58,880 nucleotides of DNA from Gemmataceae bacterium (GTDB lineage: Bacteria; Planctomycetota; Planctomycetia; Gemmatales; Gemmataceae). The translations under genes were made by a program, and so were the position numbers. The stretch spans positions 1 to 58,880 of the forward strand of contig CAXNFS010000001.1 in assembly GCA_964201235.1 (NCBI GenBank), given 5' to 3'. The notes under the pieces were generated by a model. The model searched no databases. It was given only the letters and a program-made list of their open reading frames with translations, and was not told where the DNA came from. Positions 8,882-18,098 of the stretch are shown piece after piece. How positions within the stretch are numbered: the first letter of the stretch is position 1; each line of letters begins with the position of its first letter.

Positions 8882-10291
8882 TTACTGAACAGTTACATTG
8901 AAGGTTTTAATCGTTGCTTCATTACGATTATCAATCAGAGTAACGGTGATTACTGCTGTTCCTGCATTTCCACCTGCAACCAATTTAACCTGACTAGGTG
9001 AAAAAGTTCCCTTTAAACTTCCAATAGTCGCGGTGACTATTGAAGTATCACTACTTGTTACAAGGTAATTCAAAAACCCTGCTGGAGTAGTACCTGTAAT
9101 CGTATTTGTAATTGCCAAATTAGTTGTTGCAGTGCCTACTGGATTGTTGGGGACACTAGCACCGGTAAGCGCAGGTAACGATGCAAGTACATTCCCATTA
9201 ATAGTTGCAGCTTGAGGAGTATAACTGGTTGCAAAACTTTGTAGATTTGTCAAGCTTGCAGAATTGGCAACATTACCAAATACGGCATATCCATTACCAG
9301 TTTGACCAAGCGAACTCGTGTTATCAGTAAGGTTAAAATAGAATTGGCTTGTAGCACTATTTAAATCCGCTGTTCGTGCCATTGCTAATGAGCCAATTGC
9401 ATTTGGGCGAGAAGCATCAAATTCATTAGCAATGGGCTGATAGGTTGCTACATCAGTAAAACTATTAACCACACCAGAAACTGAATTTGTAGTAAACTGT
9501 CCGCCCTGAAGGATTTGGGAAGCACCAGTGCCTGAAAGATTTGCCATTCGATGGAATAAATCATCAGTATATGCGTTATTCTGAGCATAACTTAAAAAAT
9601 TAGTTACAGAAACTGGAGCAGCGGAATCCAATAAAGTCACATCAATCGCGCCTTTGGAGGTGTTGAATGTAATGGTGGTATTCGTGGTATCAGGACTTAA
9701 ATTAAAAGCCGCAAGGTTGTAATAAGAGGTTGAATTTTTTGCGACGGTAGAGTCAGTAAATGCTTTTATCTGAGTCATGGTAAAACCGGTGGCAGTACCC
9801 GAACCAGCGGTAGGAGCTGTGACCCCACTAACACCTGAAGCCCAAAGCCCTAATGAAACCTTTGCAGGGGTAAGTCCGCCAAGACCAAGATTTTGGGTAA
9901 TACTTTGCCCTTCAACAATATTCAATTGAGCAGAGGTTGCAGTTGTACCAGATAAAAATCCTGCAGGAGTTGATCGAGTAACGTTGTAAGAACCAGGAAG
10001 AAGTTGATCGATGGAGAAATTTCCATTCGTATTCGTAACAATAGAATAATTTACGGACCTACCAGTTGTGGTTTCGCCTGTAATTCCAATAGTTACCCCC
10101 GAAACACCTTTGGTGCCCCCATCAACTATGACAGACCCAGTGAGCAAACCGTTGGCATATATAATTGATGTTGTAGGCGTAATTCTTTCTTCAAAAGATT
10201 CTAACTCCGGCCTATATAAACATAAACTAGATGGCTTCTTGCTTTTCTTAACTTCAGCGCCTTTTAACAACTTTAAAAATTTGTTTAACAT
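8882..10291 (-). CDS. Secreted multidomain protein with a cyclophilin-type peptidyl-prolyl isomerase domain
   Basis: An N-terminal LESFEERITP motif is followed by a carboxypeptidase-regulatory/SdrD-B-like segment (TNTNGNFSIDQLLPGSYNV). The cyclophilin blocks are VTNFLSY, FHRM...ILQGGQF, SLAMAR...SQFYFNL and YAVFGNV. There is an Ig-like C-terminus. Confidence 0.75.
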   Translation of the reverse strand: MLNKFLKLLKGAEVKKSKKPSSLCLYRPELESFEERITPTTSIIYANGLLTGSVIVDGGTKGVSGVTIGITGETTTGRSVNYSIVTNTNGNFSIDQLLPGSYNVTRSTPAGFLSGTTATSAQLNIVEGQSITQNLGLGGLTPAKVSLGLWASGVSGVTAPTAGSGTATGFTMTQIKAFTDSTVAKNSTSYYNLAAFNLSPDTTNTTITFNTSKGAIDVTLLDSAAPVSVTNFLSYAQNNAYTDDLFHRMANLSGTGASQILQGGQFTTNSVSGVVNSFTDVATYQPIANEFDASRPNAIGSLAMARTADLNSATSQFYFNLTDNTSSLGQTGNGYAVFGNVANSASLTNLQSFATSYTPQAATINGNVLASLPALTGASVPNNPVGTATTNLAITNTITGTTPAGFLNYLVTSSDTSIVTATIGSLKGTFSPSQVKLVAGGNAGTAVITVTLIDNRNEATIKTFNVTVQ

Positions 10292-10485
10292 CTATATCTC
10301 TCCAAGTAAAAATAAAGCCATCTATGAAATCACTGAACAATCCCTACGGATTACTTAATCGGCATAAAGCATATTAAATTATAGGCGAGAGGCTGAAAAA
10401 TGATCAAAAATATTTAATAAATCCAGATGCGTTGACCTATTTCACCAGCTTTCACTAACCTTACAATCATTATTAAGAACATTTA

Positions 10486-10587
10486 GTGCAAAATTGGTGC
10501 AATCTGTATTTTCAATAAAATTAGCAAAGTTAACCCAGTTTATTGCCGATAATTACTTTGTGCATGGTAGGCATTTATAAAGTGCAA
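10486..10587. promoter_or_regulatory. Four helically phased GTGCA(A/T) hexamers upstream of the BBP7 gene
   Basis: GTGCAA occurs at 10486, 10497 and 10582, and GTGCAT at 10560. The spacings are 11, 63 and 22 bp. Confidence 0.3.
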
Positions 10588-10628
10588 CAAAAACTACCAC
10601 ATGTATTTGCAAAGCTTGGGAGCTTATT

Positions 10629-11861
10629 ATGAAGAATTTAAAGGCATTATTTGCATTGTTGGCGATCACCTCTTTGGCTTATGGTCAAAAAGAATTACCT
10701 AGTGATAATGCACCTTCAGCCAGCAAAACCGAAGTCGCTGAAGTAAACGACGCACTTAATAACGCTGAGCCAAATACCAGAAGCAAATCATGGGCTGATG
10801 CCGAATTTTTACTTTGGTGGATGAGGGGTCAAAATTTACCTGCTATCGCAACCACTAATCCTGCAGGAACAAGTGCAGCTCAAGCTGGAGTACTAGGAGC
10901 GCCAGGCACCTCAACAATTATGGGGGGATCATGGGCCAATGATGGCATGCGTACTGGTGGAAAGTTCTCCGCAGGTTATTGGCTTGATAACGCAAAAGAT
11001 ATTGCGGTCGAAGCCGATTTCTTTTTCTTGCAGAATCTTACCGAATCATACAATCAAGTTTCAGATGGATCTACAATTCTTGCGCGCCCATTTAATAATG
11101 CGCTTGATGGAACACCCTCTGCTGTTCGCATTGCTTATCCTGGTGATGTTTCCGGGAGTATCTCTGCTCAAGTTGCAACCAACGGATTTGTAGGGGGCGG
11201 CATTGGTTTAAGGCAGAATCTTACCTCTTTTCAGACTAGTAATTTTAGACTTGATGCCCTTGTTGGTTACCGCGCAATGACTTTTTCTGACAAGGTAAAT
11301 ATTGACTCAAACTTAACTAACATTAACCCTGATAATGCAAATTTCGTTGCAGTTGGCACATCAATCAATGCTTCCGACAGATTTAGTTCATCGAACACAT
11401 TTAATGGTTTTGACACAGGATTCGCAGGTGAATACAACACCGGTAAATTCTCTTTCCAATCTTCATTTCGCATTGCATTAGGTATAACTCAAAGTAATGT
11501 GAAAGTTAATGGTAGCACCACGACTTCTGTACCAGGAACCGACAGCATCAGCTCGGTTGGTGGGCTTTACGCTTTATCCAGTAATATTGGAGATGTAGGC
11601 AATAAGGCTGTTTCGATTATCCCCCAATTCAATACTAGAGCTGGGTATATGATTACTGATTCAATTAAGGCGAGTTTGGGTTACAACTTCTTGGTTTGGA
11701 GCGGTGTGGTAAGGTCTGCAAACATGATTGATACTACGATTAACCCAAATCTTATTCCTGGTTCTTCAACAACTGGCGGACCAGCTAGGCCCTCACTTAG
11801 CATGGCACAAAGCGCAATCTGGGCTCAAGGCCTTACTTTTAGCTTGGAATACAATTACTAA
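10629..11861 (+). CDS. BBP7-family outer-membrane beta-barrel protein
   Basis: A signal peptide is followed by WADAEFLLWWMRGQNLPAIATT, the BBP7 hallmark. The body has alternating beta-strand character and an aromatic C-terminus (LEYNY). Confidence 0.75.
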   Translation: MKNLKALFALLAITSLAYGQKELPSDNAPSASKTEVAEVNDALNNAEPNTRSKSWADAEFLLWWMRGQNLPAIATTNPAGTSAAQAGVLGAPGTSTIMGGSWANDGMRTGGKFSAGYWLDNAKDIAVEADFFFLQNLTESYNQVSDGSTILARPFNNALDGTPSAVRIAYPGDVSGSISAQVATNGFVGGGIGLRQNLTSFQTSNFRLDALVGYRAMTFSDKVNIDSNLTNINPDNANFVAVGTSINASDRFSSSNTFNGFDTGFAGEYNTGKFSFQSSFRIALGITQSNVKVNGSTTTSVPGTDSISSVGGLYALSSNIGDVGNKAVSIIPQFNTRAGYMITDSIKASLGYNFLVWSGVVRSANMIDTTINPNLIPGSSTTGGPARPSLSMAQSAIWAQGLTFSLEYNY

Positions 11862-11936
11862 GCAGCTTAATGGCAATGCCTTAATATTAATTATTACCCG
11901 TACCAACTCAGAGAGTCAGTCATGTTCAATAAAGTG

Positions 11937-11976
11937 GCAATGATTGCTTAAGAAACTAGCATCATTGCTTTATTTT
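11937..11976 (+). terminator. Rho-independent terminator
   Basis: GCAATGAT (11937-11944) pairs with ATCATTGC (11961-11968). The stem is extendable by 3 bp with one bulge and is followed by TTTATTTT. Confidence 0.6.
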
Positions 11977-12153
11977 GAGCATTTTAAAAAAATTCGCCAA
12001 ATCATTTAGCTTATTACCAATCATTTTTACTGTTGTTTTAGCTGATAACTCATTTCTAGCTTTGGTAAGCAAAAACAAATCAAAATTGGCATACAATTTG
12101 CTCAGATTAGAGTTTAGGGGTGCTCTATATTTGTTCTTTTCTAGGGTGTTAAC

Positions 12154-13668
12154 ATGGGTTCGCAAACATCTTCATCAAATAGAATTCTTGGAATTGAAGA
12201 CTCTTCTGCAATTAGGCAACAATCTATTTTTCATGCGTATAAACCTCACCTCAATGCACGAGATGAACTTATTGATTGGAATGGAAAACCTCATCCGCAT
12301 TGTAAAACACTTGTAGATTCAATCGGAAAATTATCTTCAAATGAATTCCAAGACAAAAGATCTGCTGCTGATCTTGCCTTTGTTACCCAAGGTATAACTT
12401 TTTCGGTTTATTCAGATTGCAGAGGGGTTGAAAAGATATTCCCCTTCGACCTTGTGCCGAGACCGGTAGAGGGAAAAGAGTGGACCCGATTAGACATGGG
12501 GCTTAAACAGCGAACCAAAGCTCTTAATCTTTTTCTTTATGATGTTTATCATGAACAAAATATCCTTAAAGATAATGTGATACCGAGGGAAATGGTCGAA
12601 TCTTCCAAAGGTTTCCGAAGGGAAATGATTGGTTTTACACCGCCAGGCAAGCAATATATCCATATCGTTGGCACTGATTTAATTCGAAACCCTGAAGGTG
12701 AATTTTTAGTACTTGAAGACAATTGCAGAACCCCTTCGGGTGTTAGTTATGTAATTGAAAATCGCGTTGTTATGAAACGGATTTTTCCAGACTTATTTAA
12801 AAATATAAAAGTTAAAAGAGTTGAAGATTACCCTCAAAAACTTCGGGATGCTTTATGTTCGGTAGCACCAGAAAATTCTGGCCCTAACCCTCGGCTAGCT
12901 TTATTAACTCCTGGCCCTTTTAATTCAGCCTATTTTGAACATACCTTCCTTGCAGGCAATATGGGTATTGAACTTGTAATGGGTAGCGATCTGTTTGTGC
13001 ATAACGATCGTGTTTATATGAAAACTACTGGTGGACCTAAACGCGTAGATGTCATTTATCGAAGGGTAGATGATGAATTTCTTGATCCCAAAGCATTCAG
13101 ATCGGACAGTATGCTTGGTGTTCCTAATCTTTTTAATGCTTATCTAAAAGGAAATGTGACCATTGCAAATGCAATTGGTACTGGGGTTTGTGACGATAAA
13201 GCAATCTATCTTTATGTTGAGGATATGATTCGTTATTATCTTTCTGAAGAGCCGATTCTTAAAAATGTACCAACCTACATTTGCTCCAAAAAGAATGATC
13301 TTTCGTATGTTCTTGATAATTTAGAAAAATTGGTAGTCAAAGCTGTCAATGAATCCGGTGGTTATGGCATGTTAATGGGACCATTTTCTACCGCTGCTCA
13401 ACGATCTGAATTTAAAGAAAAAATTAAAGCAAATCCAAGAAACTATATTGCTCAACCTGTGGTCACTCTTTCCGCTTGTCCAACTTGGACAGAGGAAGGT
13501 TTAGCACCAAGGCATGTCGATCTTCGCCCATATGTTGTCAGTGGAACCGATACATGGGTTCTACCTGGTGGTCTTACCCGCACAGCATTGGTAAAAGGTT
13601 CACTAGTTGTAAATTCAAGCCAGGGTGGCGGAAGCAAAGATACTTGGGTTATGGAGACTGATGTATGA
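12154..13668 (+). CDS. Circularly permuted type-2 ATP-grasp protein (DUF404/DUF407 type)
   Basis: 504 aa. The blocks GITFSVY, PFDLVPR, VLEDNCRTPSGVSYVIENR, LLTPGPFNSAYFEHTFLA, VDVIYRRVDDEFLDP, KAVNESGGYGM and SSQGGGSKDTWV are typical of this family. Confidence 0.9.
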   Translation: MGSQTSSSNRILGIEDSSAIRQQSIFHAYKPHLNARDELIDWNGKPHPHCKTLVDSIGKLSSNEFQDKRSAADLAFVTQGITFSVYSDCRGVEKIFPFDLVPRPVEGKEWTRLDMGLKQRTKALNLFLYDVYHEQNILKDNVIPREMVESSKGFRREMIGFTPPGKQYIHIVGTDLIRNPEGEFLVLEDNCRTPSGVSYVIENRVVMKRIFPDLFKNIKVKRVEDYPQKLRDALCSVAPENSGPNPRLALLTPGPFNSAYFEHTFLAGNMGIELVMGSDLFVHNDRVYMKTTGGPKRVDVIYRRVDDEFLDPKAFRSDSMLGVPNLFNAYLKGNVTIANAIGTGVCDDKAIYLYVEDMIRYYLSEEPILKNVPTYICSKKNDLSYVLDNLEKLVVKAVNESGGYGMLMGPFSTAAQRSEFKEKIKANPRNYIAQPVVTLSACPTWTEEGLAPRHVDLRPYVVSGTDTWVLPGGLTRTALVKGSLVVNSSQGGGSKDTWVMETDV

Positions 13669-14654
13669 TATCACGCTTGGCGGAACACTGTTTTTGGCTA
13701 AGCAGATATATTGAACGCGCAGAAAACATCGCTCGTTTACTAGAGGTTAATCAAAATTGGTTGCTCGACTTTGATATTCCAGTTGAACTACAATGGAAAC
13801 CACTTCTTATTATCAGTGGCATTCATGATTACAAAGGTAATCTTGATAAGGAATCCATTCTTAATTTCATGACTTGGGATCATGAAAACCCTTGCAGCAT
13901 TGTTTCTTCGATGACTCAAGCAAGAGAAAATGCGAGAGTTATAAGAGAAATCATTAGCGCTGAAATGTGGGAACGACTTAACTATAATTATCTTTGGCTT
14001 CAAAGTAATACAGCTAAAGATTTATACGACAACAATCGGTACGAACTTTACAACCAAATCAAACGAATCAACCAACTTCTTCAAGGTATTGGTGAAAGTA
14101 CCATGCTTAGAACTGAGGCCTGGGAGTTTTACCAATTCGGCAGGCACTTAGAACGGTCTGGCCAAACAGCAAGAATATTAGATGTCAAATACCATATGGT
14201 GCAAAGTAATCCTGATATTTCCGGATCAAATATCGAGATATCCTATTGGACTTCGATTTTAAAGAGTTGCTCAGGTTATGAACCTTTCCTGAAACATGCG
14301 AATATTATTGAAAATCAAGTTGGAAATGCTGTTGCAGAGTTCCTTATTCTTGAAGAGTCTTTCCCTAGATCTGTTTTATATTGCCTTAAAGAATGTCTTA
14401 ATTCCGTCACAGCAATTTCTTACCAATCAAAATCAAAAATCAGCAACAGGACAATTGAGTCTTTGAAAACATTAAACGCTTGGCTATCAAACCAAGAAAC
14501 GAGGCAATCAATAAAAATTCAACTTCACGCTATTCTTACAAAAATAGTCGACAACGTTCACTCGATAAGCGATTCAATGACTAGCACGTATTTTGATTTT
14601 AATCCTGATGATCATGTTTTAGAAATGAATGAAATCGAAAAAATTAACTCTTAA
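13665..14654 (+). CDS. Alpha-E domain protein (DUF403)
   Basis: Starts within ATGA, overlapping the ATP-grasp stop. The N-terminus SRLAEHCFWLSRYIERAENIARLL and the later W.F...GR.LERS block match the alpha-E family. Confidence 0.9.
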   Translation: MISRLAEHCFWLSRYIERAENIARLLEVNQNWLLDFDIPVELQWKPLLIISGIHDYKGNLDKESILNFMTWDHENPCSIVSSMTQARENARVIREIISAEMWERLNYNYLWLQSNTAKDLYDNNRYELYNQIKRINQLLQGIGESTMLRTEAWEFYQFGRHLERSGQTARILDVKYHMVQSNPDISGSNIEISYWTSILKSCSGYEPFLKHANIIENQVGNAVAEFLILEESFPRSVLYCLKECLNSVTAISYQSKSKISNRTIESLKTLNAWLSNQETRQSIKIQLHAILTKIVDNVHSISDSMTSTYFDFNPDDHVLEMNEIEKINS

Positions 14655-14672
14655 TTACAATAAGGAAAGTTA

Positions 14673-17600
14673 ATGGCTATCAAGGTTGCACTTACACACA
14701 CGACCGAGTTCACATATGATAGGCCAGTAACTTTAACACCCCAAGTGGTCAGGTTAAAGCCAGCACCTCATTGTCGAACCCCAATCAAAAGTTATTCTCT
14801 TAAAATTGAGCCCTCCGAGCATTTTATTAATTGGCAGCAAGACCCTTACAACAACTATCTTGCAAGAATTATTTTTCCTGAGCCCACCAGAAAATTTAAA
14901 GTAACTGTTGGACTTATAGCCGAGATGATATCCATAAATGCTTTTGACTTTTTTCTCGAAGATTACGCGGATAATTTTCCATTTTTATATGAAGAAGGAT
15001 TAAAAAAAGAACTTGCACCATTCCTAGAAACCACCGAGAAAGGCCCTTGCTTACTTTCATATATTGAGAAATATTTAAATAAAAAAATTCGAACGGTTGA
15101 TTTCCTTGTTTCATTAAACATGGATCTTCAAAAACACATTGGCTATGTAATTCGGCTTGAATCTGGAGTGCAATCACCCGAAGAGACTTTGACTTTAACG
15201 AAGGGATCTTGCAGGGATACTGCATGGTTACTCGTTCATATTTTAAGAAACCTAGGGCTTGCTGCTCGTTTCGTTTCTGGCTATTTAATTCAATTAACCG
15301 CAGACACACAGTCATTGGACGGCCCTAAAGGCACTGATAAAGATTTCACCGATTTGCATGCTTGGACAGAAGTTTACCTTCCCGGAGCAGGCTGGATTGG
15401 CCTTGATCCAACTTCAGGAATGCTAGCTGGTGAAGGCCACATCCCTCTTGCCTGCAGTGCAGACCCTGGACAGGCAGCACCTACTTCCGGCTCATTCACG
15501 TTCGACAAAAACCCAGACATTATTGATGACGAGTGTAAGTCCGAATTTAAATTCAATATGTCCATTTTCAGAATCGAAGATACTCCTAGAGTCACAAAGC
15601 CTTACACAGACGAACAGTGGAGCAGTATTTGTGATGTTGGTAGCAAAATTGATAATTATCTAAACTCCTATGACGTTAAATTAACTTTAGGCGGTGAACC
15701 CACCTTTGTTTCCGTTGATGATAAAGATGGCGAAGAATGGAACACTTCCGCTCTTGGTCCAACTAAATCTTTATTTGCTGACACTCTTTTACACCGATTA
15801 AAAAACAAATTTAGTCCAGGAGGTTTTTTACATCACGGCCAAGGAAAATGGTATCCAGGCGAAAGCCTTCCCCGATGGGCTTTTAGCTGCTATTGGAGAA
15901 AAGACCTTGTTCCTATTTGGTCGGATTCAGATTTATTTGCTAGAGAAAACACCACCTATAATTTTTCTGAAGTTGACGCTAAAAAATTCCTTGAAGAACT
16001 TGCTGCAAGACTACACGTCAATGTTAATTTTGTGCAACCTGCGTATGAAGATTTATGGTATTTCATGTGGAGAGAACAACGATTACCAACAAATGTTTCA
16101 CCATTAAAAAACAATCATGATAATCCCGAAGAACGCAATCGCATCTCGAAAATTTTCAACCAAGGGCTAGGCAAAGTTGTTGGTTATGTGCTTCCTTTAA
16201 AGTATGAATCGCTAAGCAATCAAAAACATTGGGTAAGTTGCAAGTGGTTATTAAGAAGAGAAAATATTTTTTTAATCCCTGGCGATTCTCCGATGGGTTA
16301 TCGGTTGCCATTAGATTCTATTACTTGGATTGATCCTAAAGATAGAGACCAAATATTCAACCATTGCCCATTAACACCTGCTGATTTACTTCCGAAATTT
16401 CAATCGCAAATTAATTCAATTATTAATACGAAGAATGTAAACCCACCATTACCGACAGAATCAGCAATAAGAACCAGTTTGTGTGTTGAAACTCGTGATG
16501 GGCGAATCAAAGTCTTTATCCCACCTTTAAATTCTGTGGTTGAATATCTTGAACTGCTAAAAAACATTGAGTCAACGGCCCGCTACCTTGGTTACCCTAT
16601 TCAAATTGAAGGTTACCCACCACCTTATGATACCAGGCTTTTAAATTTTAAAATCACTCCGGACCCAGGCGTAATTGAAGTGAATATTCATCCTTCGTCA
16701 AGCTGGGTTGATCTTCACGAAAAATCTTTTATCATTCACGAAGAAGCAAAGAAAACTAAGCTCTGTTCTGAAAAGTTCATGCTGGATGGTCGGCATACAG
16801 GAACTGGTGGGGGAAGCCATATTGTTCTTGGCGGGCCTTCGCCATCTGAGAGTCCTTTTTTACGACGGCCAGATTTACTTCGCAGTATGCTTTCTTATTG
16901 GAACAACCATCCATCGTTATCTTATCTTTTTTCAGGCTTATTTGTTGGTCCTACTTGCCAAGCTCCGCGGCTTGACGAGTCTCGTCTCGATATCATCACA
17001 GAATTAGAAATTGCATTTGAACAAATCCCCGACAACGGAAACGCTTTACCTTGGCTTGTTGACAGGGTTTATAGACATCTTTTGGTTGATTCCAGTGGAA
17101 ATACCCACCGGTCAGAATTTTGTATTGATAAGCTTTATTCCCCTGATAGTAGCACAGGGAGGCTAGGGCTTTTAGAGTTGAGGGGATTTGAGATGGCTCC
17201 AGATTCAAAAATGGGGCTAGTTCAAAACCTTTTGGTTAATGCACTTATCGCAATGTTTTGGAACAAACCTTATAAACAGAAAATGATTAGATGGGGCACT
17301 CAACTTCATGATAAATTTATGCTTCCTCATTTTCTAGAAGACGATTTGAGAGATGTCGTCTTAGAACTTCAAGCTTTTGGTTTTGGTTTGGATGAAAACT
17401 GGTTTAAACCTCATCTAGAATTCCGCTTCCCTAAAATTGGATCTATTTGCAAAGACAATATTAATTTAGAACTTCGAGGTGCTCTTGAACCATGGAGGGT
17501 ACTTGGTGAAGAGAATAACCCTTCTGGAACTGTTCGTTTTGTAGATTCATCACTTGAACGAATTCAACTTAAAGTTGAAGGTTTAATAGACACTAGGCAT

Positions 17601-18089
17601 GTTATTCTTTGCAATGGCTCGAGGATTCCATTTCATCCTACAGGTGTAAATGGCGAATATGTTGCTGGGATCCGTTACCGAGCTTGGCAACCTTCTTCTT
17701 GCTTGCACCCTACCATTCCTGTTCATTGTCCATTGGTATTTGATCTTTATGATACTTGGATGAGTCGCTCTGTAGGTGGATGCACCTATCATGTTGCACA
17801 TCCGGGTGGAAGATCTTATGATAGGTTCCCTGTTAATGCTATTGAAGCAGAAGGGCGAAGATTATCAAGGTTCATCAAGGAAGGGCATACTGCGGATCAG
17901 TTCGGTATTATCGATGAAGAAATCCGGCCTGATTCTCCGTTTACACTTGATCTCCGATATGAAGGAAAACATCAATGGTTAAAGAAGCATTCTAATGATA
18001 AAATTTCAGAAGTAGATTCTAATGATATCCGGGCTAAAGTTTCAAAAGTAAACGGCATTGTTTCACCAGTAATTAGTGGACTTAGTTAA
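14673..18089 (+). CDS. Transglutaminase-like cysteine peptidase fused to a DUF2126-type C-terminal region (1138 aa)
   Basis: The N-terminal Bact_transglu_N-like region reads ALTHTTEFTYDRPV. The transglutaminase core has Cys180 (GSCRD), His229 (DLHAWTEVY) and Asp245 (GLDPT). About 800 further residues resemble the conserved DUF2126 partner of this operon type. Confidence 0.9.
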   Translation: MAIKVALTHTTEFTYDRPVTLTPQVVRLKPAPHCRTPIKSYSLKIEPSEHFINWQQDPYNNYLARIIFPEPTRKFKVTVGLIAEMISINAFDFFLEDYADNFPFLYEEGLKKELAPFLETTEKGPCLLSYIEKYLNKKIRTVDFLVSLNMDLQKHIGYVIRLESGVQSPEETLTLTKGSCRDTAWLLVHILRNLGLAARFVSGYLIQLTADTQSLDGPKGTDKDFTDLHAWTEVYLPGAGWIGLDPTSGMLAGEGHIPLACSADPGQAAPTSGSFTFDKNPDIIDDECKSEFKFNMSIFRIEDTPRVTKPYTDEQWSSICDVGSKIDNYLNSYDVKLTLGGEPTFVSVDDKDGEEWNTSALGPTKSLFADTLLHRLKNKFSPGGFLHHGQGKWYPGESLPRWAFSCYWRKDLVPIWSDSDLFARENTTYNFSEVDAKKFLEELAARLHVNVNFVQPAYEDLWYFMWREQRLPTNVSPLKNNHDNPEERNRISKIFNQGLGKVVGYVLPLKYESLSNQKHWVSCKWLLRRENIFLIPGDSPMGYRLPLDSITWIDPKDRDQIFNHCPLTPADLLPKFQSQINSIINTKNVNPPLPTESAIRTSLCVETRDGRIKVFIPPLNSVVEYLELLKNIESTARYLGYPIQIEGYPPPYDTRLLNFKITPDPGVIEVNIHPSSSWVDLHEKSFIIHEEAKKTKLCSEKFMLDGRHTGTGGGSHIVLGGPSPSESPFLRRPDLLRSMLSYWNNHPSLSYLFSGLFVGPTCQAPRLDESRLDIITELEIAFEQIPDNGNALPWLVDRVYRHLLVDSSGNTHRSEFCIDKLYSPDSSTGRLGLLELRGFEMAPDSKMGLVQNLLVNALIAMFWNKPYKQKMIRWGTQLHDKFMLPHFLEDDLRDVVLELQAFGFGLDENWFKPHLEFRFPKIGSICKDNINLELRGALEPWRVLGEENNPSGTVRFVDSSLERIQLKVEGLIDTRHVILCNGSRIPFHPTGVNGEYVAGIRYRAWQPSSCLHPTIPVHCPLVFDLYDTWMSRSVGGCTYHVAHPGGRSYDRFPVNAIEAEGRRLSRFIKEGHTADQFGIIDEEIRPDSPFTLDLRYEGKHQWLKKHSNDKISEVDSNDIRAKVSKVNGIVSPVISGLS

Positions 18090-18098
18090 AAAGCATCA

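Noticed and set aside
11975-12316. 113-aa + strand ORF upstream of and overlapping the ATP-grasp start, considered as a possible precursor-peptide gene for the ligase cluster.
   Set aside because: It starts with a TTG inside the T-tract of the upstream terminator and has no SD. It runs out of frame into the well-supported ATP-grasp gene. The translation is hydrophobic and low-complexity with no repeat or core-peptide features.
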